Assembly: GCA_034226945.1 (NCBI GenBank)
Contig: CP120463.1
Location: forward strand, 930,001-973,501
Origin: Picochlorum sp. SENEW3
Taxonomy: Eukaryota
DNA: 43,501 bases
Direction: 5' to 3'
A program made the position numbers and the translations under genes. The notes beneath the pieces are model-generated. The model was not told the origin of the DNA and made no database searches. It saw only the letters and a list, made by a program, of their open reading frames with translations. Below, piece by piece: positions 33,060 to 42,454 of this stretch; the stretch's first letter is position 1; each line of letters opens with the position of its first letter.

Positions 33060-34750
33060 TCCGTACATGAGGACAATAAAAAAGGACGACCATGAAACCA
33101 CACGCTTTATCCCGCTCGGCCACACTCAGCGTGCTTTTTGTGGCTTTTTTCATCTCCCATCACAAGGGACGTTTGACCGGCAGTGTAGTTCTCTCCTCCA
33201 TCAAACACCTCTTCTGATGGGAGCCTGGATACGGAGCACACACAGGTGGAGGAGGAGGATAGAGCTGTGGAACAGTCTTTAAACACGACGAGATCTTCCC
33301 CAAAGAAGCGTCGCAATTGTATACATATAGTACTATCCTACGATGCTCATTGCAACACATGTAGTCTAAGTAAGACAACGTGCCATGCATGCTGCTGATA
33401 CTGAGATGGTTGCTCCAGCATTAGTGCAACGTTACTCTCGTGCTTGCCACAGCTTGCTCCTTGCTTGCTATTGTAGTGAAGAAGACGATTTTTTCATTCT
33501 TTTTCTTGTCTCATGTCTTTTCATATACTTCTTATTGTACCTCTCTCTACCTCATATCTTGTCTGTGAGTCTATCTCCAGGTTCTTATCTTCTTCTTGTG
33601 TGTATGTGTATTTGTGTTTCGTCCTGTTATTATTGGCTGCTTGCTCGTATCGATTGTTGTTGTGCATGTTATTGTCATTATTACTATTTCTCTAACTAGT
33701 AGTAACTGGTATGAGATAGTATCTTGTTTTGATTGCTTTGCTTTGTTGTTTGTTGGTGTGTTGTCTCGTGTTATTATAGCAGCAGCAGTAGTAGTAGTGG
33801 TGGTGGTGTGAATGCTGGATGGTTGTTGATTTATTGTATTGTTGTTGTTGTTGTTGTGTGGGGTGGCTGTTTTAGACACCCTTGCTTGGTTTGGTTGGTA
33901 TTTTTTGGTGGTGGTCCCAGTCAAGTCCTTTAAGAAGTCAAGGGGTGGTGATGATGACGGGAAGATCGCCATTCTTGTTGTTCCGAGATGCTCCCTCTTC
34001 TTTCTTCAGACATGTGGCAGCAGACCACTGTTTGTTTTGCACTGGGTGTGCGACGCTTTTTTTTAATGATGGGTGTTTATTATCATTATTTATATTGGTA
34101 CTCTTCTTCTTACTTACTTACTTCCTTACTTACTTAATATTGTGTCCTTCTGTTGATGTTGCTGTTGTTGTTGTGAAAAAGGACAGAGATTCTTTTCATT
34201 CATGCATAGCATAGCATAGTATAGATTGTTGTTGTGTCATTATGATTATTATGAGATTTGTATCTTTTGATTTTGGTTTTGCTTTGCTTTGCTTTTGTGT
34301 TGGTTGCTGTTGTTGTTGTCTTCTCTTGTTGTTGTAGTAGTAGGAGGAGGAGGAGGAGTAGGAGTAGTAGCAGAGCTTGTGGTGTGCCGTGTCTTTTGTT
34401 GTTGTCGTTGTCGTTGTATATATATATAGGGAGGGTGTTTATTATACTACTTATTATTCTTCTTGATATTGTATTGTATATTCTGGTTCTTTTGGTGTTG
34501 TTTTTGGATGTTTTTTTAGTTGGTGTGTTTTTTTGGTTAGGGTATTTTGGTCTTGTTGGTGGTGTTTTTTCTTGGGTTTATTTTTGATTTTTTGGATATT
34601 TTCTTATTTTTGGGTAGTTTGTATATTATTTAATTTAGAAATCGTGTTTATTTTTGTTTGTGTGGTGGGAGTGGGGTGAATATGTTGTTATATACCCTCA
34701 TTACCCTCCTGCCAAGGAACGACGGTATGCACAGGGTATAGGGTATAGGG
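33060..34750. repeat. T/G-rich low-complexity region 3' of the retrotransposon, copy 1
   Basis: Homologous to 42455-43501, with the closest match between 34222-34750 and ~42979-43501. Contains (GTT)n, (GTA)n, (GGA)n and (TA)n microsatellites and T-runs. Confidence 0.85.
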
Positions 34751-34897
34751 AGCAATACGTAACTGAACGAAGTATACTGATATGAACAAAATGTGGAACA
34801 TTTGGGCTAAGGAAGGGTGTGAAAATGTTGGGGTTGGGTTGTGTTGAAGGGTGGGGGTCTACTATGGGCTAAGGGCGGATGTTGCCCCTAGGGCCAG

Positions 34898-34908
34898 GGT
34901 TCAAATCC
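34898..34908 (+). promoter_or_regulatory. Pol III B-box / tRNA T-loop-like motif GGTTCAAATCC, antisense to the LINE 3' UTR
   Basis: Exact B-box consensus inside an imperfect T-arm (caggg-ttcaaat-cctcg), with an A-box/D-loop-like tgggctaagggcgg ~30 bp upstream. No complete cloverleaf could be built. Confidence 0.4.
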
Positions 34909-35833
34909 TCGCCCCGGTTGGCTGTGTTGTGACTGGATGACGTGACTCCCAGAGGAGGGCGCCTCGCTAGGAGAGTTCCTGGGGCGCGGATTCTGCTGAG
35001 TCAGCTTGTCTAGGAGGGCGCGCTCGAATCTTTTAGATTCTCTGCCCATAGTATGGATAAGGTTCCCTTGGAGCCTGGTGCTATCCTACTATGGGGGCAG
35101 CTATCATCTCCCATCCAGCCCACTCGATATGCATCCTCCTCCGTGTCCGTTTCGGACACCATTAGGAATTTTGTGCTATTTCTGGGTTGTGTGGGTTGTC
35201 ACTGCTTGGTTACCACGAGCAGTCTGTGCAGGCATGCACGGTGCTCCATGGGTGAGGGGGACTCTAGTGTTCCCCACCTATGTTGACTACCCAGACGTCC
35301 CATTTCAGTGCAATAATTCCTAATGTCTTGTGGAGGCAGTCCTAGTCAGGTACAGGCCAGCCCAGGTAGCATGAGAGAGGAGCCAGGAGGCAGCACTGGC
35401 TCCTGTCATGGTTCCTCTCATGCCCACAGTTTCAGACACAATTCCAGCTCCCAGCATCCTCTATTCCAGCGCCAGAGTTCCAAGAAACGGTTGACATGAG
35501 TGGTGAGTCGGTTGTTTCTCTTCCTGGGAGGGACATGGGCAAGAAAACCTCGACGACGATGTGTTTCAAACTGCACTGCAATTCTTCGCCAAAGCATGCA
35601 TCATGTCGTGGCTTCATTGTCTGTGCTGTTTGCTCTTGATGTTTTCTCGTCGTCGAGGGAAAAGAGTCCCATGTTTCACCAGGGGTCACAGCTTGTCTTT
35701 CATCCCTCTTTGCTCAGTCTCCAAGGATCAGTGTGCCCAGGGAGATCCACAGCTAGGCCGTACCAGTGGCATTGGCTTATCCAGATCCTCAAGGGACCTG
35801 GATGCTCGCGCTCCTACTTCAGTGTATCCAGAA

Positions 35834-38800
35834 CTATACTAATGGGGCGCGAGACTCAGGAAATTGCCCAGTCCTGAGGCTGTTATGGAGCAAACAGGCT
35901 CTCCTCCACAGGGAGGTGATCTTTGACTGTTTGAGAGTGGTCTCGGGTTTCTGGGACCCGTGGCCTGCAGCATGGCTTGGACCCTCTCTCTCTGATCTTG
36001 ATGATGATGGCTGTCTTGGTGGTGGAGTCTTCTTGGTTGTTTTACGTTCATGGCGGCGAAGGAACTTGTCTATGGCTCTAGTGTGTCTCGTCATGACACT
36101 TTTGATAAATGCTGCCGTTTGTTGGTATGGCGGCGGTGCTGGTGATGGGGGTTCTATCTCATTCTCTGGTGGTGGTGGTGATGGTGTTTCTGGATCTGCA
36201 TACAGCCAGTATTTGGTCAGTTCTGTGAAGAGATCATTGTTGCAATATTTGTCAGCGATTAACCCGGTGCCTCCAAGGCAGAGCATCCAGAGATCCTCGT
36301 CTGTATCCATGATGCCCTCTACATTTAGTAATGCTCTAAAGTGGTCTAGCATGCTGTTTAGGTACGTATTTCTCAATTCTGCATAGGCTGTGCATTCCAT
36401 GCCTAGGTGGTGAAGGGTGTCTTTGGTTTGTGTCTTGCACGAGCAGCAGTAATGGTCGCTTTTGATTCCATTAATGCGAAGATTGGTTTGAACTGCAGGT
36501 GCAAAATGTCTCTGTCTGTATAGAAGATTACCATATCCATTAAGTCTTGCTCTTATTAATGGTGTAATGAAGATTCCCTCCCTTGTTCCTGATTTGAGGC
36601 CTTGTTTCAATAGTGCGGTTGCTGTCGCGAGGCAGTATTGATATGGCACTGCCACTGTGGATTTTGCTCTTTGGCAGGTCGTAATGACCCTTCTAATCCT
36701 CTCTGTCTTTTTTATGTGTTTCGTCAGCTCCTTGGTGGTGGGTATGGTGGTGGTGGTGGGTTGTTGCAGGTCATAGAATGGTTGGTGGTGGTGATGGGCA
36801 ATTGTCCTGTGGGTGTTGGCAAGTTGCTGTAGTGCTCCTTTGGTGGCTTTGTGGATCCATGTTGTGTTGCAGGTGGTGGTAATTGCTGGCTGAGTCAGTT
36901 CCCAGATCCATTGCTGGTACTGGGCCTCTGGCGAGGTGTCTGTGGCATGTGGTGGTGGTGTGTGCAGCGCTGTCACAGCTGCCTCTAGTATTTGTCTATG
37001 GTCGTGGTGGAGGAGAAGGTCCTGTATCCATGTTTTTGACTGTGTCCATTTCCTAATAGCTCTGGTAGGCGCGGTGGTGATGGCGGCTTGGATCGATGGC
37101 AGTCCCAGCTCAATTGTGGCCGAGTCTCTTCTGTAGGTGGCTTTGGCTTTTCTGGTGCCCACTATGGCTAGTTGCATGGCATCGCTATAAATTGTGTGAA
37201 TATCTGTGTGGTCCTGGCAGGGCCCAGCGCCCCAAATTTCGGCCCCATATGTGAGGGTGGGCAGCAACAGTCCTTTGATGCACACCGCCTTGAGAGCCAG
37301 TGGGACTCGGGCATTAGCAAGCATTGGCGCCAAAGCCCGCAGCGCTTGCTCTCCAGCTTCTAGTCTACCTTTTCTCAATGTGTCTGTGCTAAGATTAAGA
37401 TCAATTTGGAGCCCCAGGTATGTGTACTGATCTACTACAGGGATGGGCTGGCCTTGACACATGAATTGATCTGGCGCTTCCTTGGCTTGGGCCTGCAGGT
37501 GTTGGAACTCTGGGAGGGGCACCATGAGGCCACATTTGTCGTGGCCTACTTGCATGTGATAGGTGTCACACCAAGTCTGAAATTTGGCAAGAGCTGCCTG
37601 GATGCCCTCAGCGTGTGGGGCCAGGAGCACGGCGTCGTCGGCCACCAACAGCCCTCGCATGTGGCCCACCGTCCTTCCTTGTCTGTCTGGCACCTCCACC
37701 CCCTCCAGGCCGTCCATGGCGTGGTCAATGAACAGACTAAACAATAGTGGTGACAATGTGTCCCCTTGTCGGACCCCTCGCTGGATGGGTGCTGGTGCGG
37801 TGGTGGTACCTTGCTGGTGGTGTTGGAGCACGAATGAGCCCGACTGGTACACCTTGTCTATGAACCTGTATATTTTCCCCTCACCCCTTTGGCATGTAAC
37901 ACGTGTAGCATTGCGGCATGAGGTACTGTATCGAACGCTTTTTTGAGGTCCATGAAGGCCACGTAGGTGGGCTGCCCCCAGTGGTGCCTTCTCAAGTGGC
38001 ACACCTCGTGGAGGGCTGCCACGTTTTGCAGACATTCCTCTCCTGGCCTGAAGCCCGCCTGCTCCTTGGCCACCTCGGGGGTATGGTTCTGTATTCTATT
38101 CGCTGCTATTTTGGTAGCCAGTTTGAGCAGCGTCGGCATGAGGCTGATGCCTCTCTTGTTGCCCACCTCCTGGGCATCTTTCCCCGGCTTGTCCAGAGCT
38201 ACCAACACACTGGTGTTGAGTTCCTGAGACACCTGTCCATCCAGCATCGCTTGGCACTGCTCCAGAAGTGCTGCTGCCATCGGATTGGGCGGCTCCATCG
38301 CCGTGGGCGGCCCCTTGCACATTTTCAGCACTTCGTTTGGCAGGCCATCCAGCCCAGGTGCCTTGGAGGTGGTTGCCCTTGCCAAGGCGGTCGACACCTC
38401 TGGCCAGCTCACCTCCACATCCAGCTCCTTGCATTCTCCTTCCTCGGGCAGCGGGTGTTGCTGCTCCCACCACTCTCTGCTCTGTGGGTGCGGGTCCACC
38501 GCCAGGTGTGCGAAGTGGGCCATGAGGACTCCCGTCTTGCTGTCCTCGTCATACACCAGCTGCCCTGTGGCGGGGTCTCGCAGCGGCACACCCAAGGGGC
38601 TCCCCACCTGTTTCTTCACCGTCTTCTTGATGTATTTCCATACTTGTTCCCAGTCGCCCCTCTTGGCTGCCTCAGTGGCCTTGCGTGTGGCCTCTGTCCA
38701 GCCTCTCTGCCTAGCTTTGGCCTTGAGCTCTTTGGCCTTGGTGGTGGCCTCCCTCAGTGCCTGGGCATCTTCCTCTGTACTAGGCGCCCCTGTTCTGGCC

Positions 38801-40444
38801 GAACTCTTTTTCTCTATTCGTTTCCGTATTCTAATGCGTTTTTGCACCGCGTTGGCCACTGCCAACGACATGCGCTTCCTCTTCCTCTTCCTCTGTCCAA
38901 GCTCGTCCTTGTCCTGCAGTCTGCTGCGGTCCCTCCTGTCTCTGGGGTCTTTGATGCACCCATGGCGGCGAAGCACCCGCATCGCCGTTCTATAAAATAC
39001 TTCGGGTGGATTGGCGATGCTGGGCGGCGCCTCTGCTCCTTCCAGTCCCTGTCTCAGCTGTCCTCCTTCTCTGTCCTGATGGATGACCACGGCGACGTGG
39101 AGCCACTCTGGGTCATGCACAATCTGCTGTTCCCTGGCTGCCACGAGGTCCAGGTCTACCAATGGAGTCGCTCCGACACGGTGAGTCGACTCTACAGCAT
39201 CTCCAGCCCGAAGCCCAGCTCCTGCTCCAGCAGCCTCCTGTCGTCCTTCTACAAGGGCCTCCTCCCCACTCGCTGAGGGGGGCCCTTCTTCTCGTGTTCG
39301 CTGTCTCTGCTTCGCCTTTGGGCTCCTGAAGCCAACGACAATAGGTGCATGATCCGATTGCAGGTCCTCGCGGCAGGACAGTAGGCTGGTGGCGTGTTTG
39401 TTGAACAGTTTCCGAGCAGGCGTGTTCACCATGAAGTGGTCCAGGGTGGTCTCCTTGACACCATCCTTGCACTTCAACACCCTCGTGGGGTGTTGGTTGG
39501 CCACTACTGTCATGTGAAGCGGGCCAGGGTGCAGCATAACTTCCCCTCTGGTGAGCAGCTCGTCCAGGTCGCCCCTGTCGGGGCAGTTGAAGTCTCCCAT
39601 GACCACCACGGCCAGGGCGTCTCCATACCTGGCGTACCACTGCTGCACCAGGCTGCCCAGCCTCTTGACCACCTGGGTTCGTCGCGTTTCTTTCCCCCCT
39701 GCCCCCCTTGTTGGTATGTACACATTCACCAGGACGCACTGGGCATCCACCACCACCCCTTCCCCTGCCAGCACGGCCTGGACGTTGGCATCCCCAGTGT
39801 CCAACGCTCGGACGTGCAGCCCCCGTGCCACCAGCATGCACATCCCCCAACACCCCGCCAGGTCATCCTGAACCGGGGCACTCAACGTGTAGTACCCCGG
39901 GACCTCGACCTGGCGGTCTGTCAGCCCCACGTGGGTCTCCTGCAGCCCCACCACCGCCGGACGCTCGCGCCGCAGCAGGCGCACAAACGCCTTGCGCTTG
40001 CCCGCCTGTGCCCCTTTGCCCCACCCCGCGCAGTTCCAGCTCATCACCCGAGCACGATGCCTGGCTTGCACCGGCGAGTCGCGCTCCTCCCACCCCCACG
40101 GCAATACACACCAGGACGCACCGTCCACCGGCGCCAGCATAGCTGCCCGCCCGGCGGTGGTCCCCCACAAACACGGCCACCAGGTCCTGCATCCGGCGTG
40201 CGGACACCCCTGGCGGCTCGATTTCAAACATGACAGGCAAAAAACCCGACCCAACCCTCCCCCGACGACGACGACCCAGCCACACACGCTTCACACGAAC
40301 ACGCCCAGCTCCAGTGCCACGATCAAACACCTTGTGCACCACCTCCGCAGCCCCACGGCGAGAACCTACACACAAACCACGCAGTCGCCACCGGGTGTAC
40401 ACCACCTGGCGACTCGTCAAATCGGAGTCCGAGACACGGGCCAT
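35834..40444 (-). pseudogene. Retrotransposon polyprotein split over three reading frames (apparent frameshifts near 40162-40166 and 37873-37880)
   Basis: Joins ORF-track segments 39863..40465 (from MARVSDSD at 40444), 37858..40287 and 35834..38035. RT continuity requires HAKGVRGK-IYRFIDKVY across a G4A4 run. The upstream join in a G5 run is less certain. These may be assembly errors rather than real lesions. Confidence 0.7.
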
Positions 40445-41227
40445 AGCAGGGACGCACGGCCACAAAGATCAACAACAAGGAAAAGCACCTGGCTCCCCAG
40501 CAGCACCAGCAGCACCAGCAGCAGCGACGTAAACTAATAGTAGTATATATATATATCTAAAGATATATAGGCAAACTCCTCGACGGTCTCTACGAGGACT
40601 CGCTCCGGGCTCGGAGGCGACGTGACCACACGCACAACAACGGCAGGCGACAGTCGGATCAACACCACCACCCCCCTTTCACCTCGACGAGTAGTACCGA
40701 GAAAAACACTTCAAATTGAGGACGAGCAACGGGCGGGCAGGTCACGAAGTGGGCTGCCAGCACGTCCGCGAGTTTCAATTTGAATTTTCGAATGCCCATC
40801 CATCCACAGTGGGGGTGGCCTTGGCCAGGGCAAGGGCTCACCAGGAGAGGACACACAGAGAGAGAGAGCAGCAGACACTGCTTAAATAGAACATTTTCGA
40901 AATGTATGTGGAGGCACGACACCTCAGGATCTGCCCCCCGTTGCCGGGTGGACTGCTGTTCAATATCGTTTATATGTGTCTCAAGATTGCATACAATGGA
41001 ACGAAGCGCATGTCTTCCATCCCTCACACGCCTGTCACCGTGGTGTGTCGACATGGCATGCCGTGGCACGCAACACCGTGGCAGAAGCAGGGTAGGCGTG
41101 ATAGTTCGTGCAGATACATTATTGAGGGTACTTCAATTCAGATGAACTATTCTACCAGACGGCACCTGCACCCTGTCGCCGTGTTGGATGGCACAGAAGT
41201 CGAGAGTCGCGCGAGTGGTCGACCTTT

Positions 41228-41482
41228 CTGTAATTGAACACAATAAAAAATCACGACCACCCTGTGCGACCATGGCCCGAGTTTTTGCCCGAGCTGTCCT
41301 CGTCAGACAACATCCGGCCTCATGGGTGGTCCTCTTTTTTTATTGTGTCTTTTTACGGACTTTTTGCTGATGTGGACAGGGCGCCTCCCATGCCCGTGAC
41401 AGCGCCCTGGTGTAGTCTCGTACGGCGAGCTGTGTCCATCGAGAATTTCTCCGTAAATGAGGACAATAAAAAAGGGCGACCA
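41228..41482. repeat. Triple alternating-orientation motif cluster (L 41228-41258, R 41328-41358, L' 41451-41482)
   Basis: Same ~31-bp motif family as at 28773, 28841, 29625, 29716, 31052, 33061 and 42385, with unrelated GC-rich inserts between the arms. Confidence 0.85.
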
Positions 41483-42454
41483 CCATGTCTCCTGAGACCA
41501 CGTCTGCCTTGTCTAATGGTGGCTCGTGGTTTTCGCTGGCTGGCATGTTCTTTCATTCTTCTTCTACCCTACCCCCATCCACAAGGGGTGTTGGACCGGC
41601 GACGGAAAAGAAGTGGTAGATTTTGTTCTTGTGATCTCCTCCTCCTTCGATCCAAGACCTGGTCTGATGGGAGCCTGGATGTGGAGGAGGGCGAGGACAG
41701 CCAGCTGTGAAAAAGCATGCACAAGTTGTAGCAGAGAGCTACATCCCTGTAGGAGAGATCTGGTCATCATGGTCAATTTCATATACTGAGAAGATTTATT
41801 CTCATGTAACAACTTCTAATTCAAACTATCTTGTGAAGGAAGAGAGAACCCTCTGTACATTGGTTGGTATTCTATTCCATCCTCTTCTATCGAACCTCAC
41901 TGCGTGTGAAGGTTGAACGCTCTGTGTTGGCAACGACACGAGAGTGTATTGGCAGTACGTTGTGTAACCTGCGAAGGAAGTCCAGGCCACGACTGGCAAT
42001 GTACGCTGCCACAAGAAGTGTAGCAGAGGAATGGGTCGGGCTGTTTTGCTGTGCGATATTTTATTCGTAGATTTTATTGTTGTTGTCTTTTCCGCTCGGT
42101 ATTGTTTCTTCTTCTTCTCCAGTGAAGAAAGGGTAGGGTGCCTTAGTGTGGGTTTGGGTAGGGTATATCTTAGGGTATTTTGTGTGCGCATGGTGGTGCA
42201 TTTTGCTGTTTTTGTTGGTTGCGAAGATGTGTTCATGCTGAAGAGTAGTTCAAGCGATTAGTTAATTATGTTTGCGTCCTGCGTGTGTGTTTGTGTTCGT
42301 GTTGCGGAGGTGTGTGTACTATTGGCTTATGTAGCCTCATTGCCCTCTCCACAAAGTTCGAGATTGGCACAGGGGGGCTCCCAGGGTCATCTTTTTTTAT
42401 TGTGTCTTTTTACGGACTTTTGGGCGTTGTGGCTGTGAAGATCCTGCCCCCATC

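Larger units (their letters stand above)
34690..40540 (-). mobile_element. Non-LTR retrotransposon (LINE; APE plus RT plus C-terminal CCHC; RTE/RTEX-like single-ORF layout), boundaries approximate
   Basis: APE motifs SWNCAG, GLQETH, NVYIP, VMGDFN, TLDHFMV, SDHAPI. RT motifs KAPGLDGLP, RGISL, EQAGFRPG, AFMDLKKAFDTVPH, GVRQGDTLSPLLF, LLVADD, YTYLG. Zinc knuckle CCSCKTQTKDTLHHLGMEC. Non-coding segment 34690-35833 is taken as the 3' UTR. Clade assignment is inference. Confidence 0.93.

Noticed and set aside
31500..34600. Many short hydrophobic or low-complexity ORFs (e.g. 33385..33699, 33571..33972, 34258..34587)
   Set aside because: They arise from T/G-rich microsatellite composition, have no motifs, and their frames are not preserved in the duplicate copy.
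34733..34750. True telomeric array
   Set aside because: Only about 2.5 TATAGGG-like units, internal, and part of a hairpin.
34691..34750. Twister ribozyme or U6 snRNA fragment
   Set aside because: Only a few bases resemble them (ctgccaa, caagga). The conserved cores are missing.
34850..34920. Functional tRNA gene
   Set aside because: No acceptor stem or anticodon arm could be built. Kept only as a B-box-like motif.
37918..39276. 452-aa + strand ORF and other + strand ORFs over the LINE
   Set aside because: Antisense shadows of the GC-rich RT/APE coding region with no recognisable domain.
35834..40444. Naming the element Zepp
   Set aside because: The genomic context is reminiscent, but I cannot establish the clade by eye, and no long separate ORF1 is visible. 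A phylogeny is needed.
34416..40556. (TA)n tracts at ~34417 and ~40544 as a target-site duplication
   Set aside because: Homology between the two flank copies extends past the (TA)n tract, and the sequence right of 40556 does not continue the left flank. The boundaries stay unresolved.
28773..42415. CRISPR array
   Set aside because: The repeats are inverted pairs with irregular, up to kb-scale spacing in a eukaryotic genome. There is no regular direct repeat-spacer period and no cas genes.
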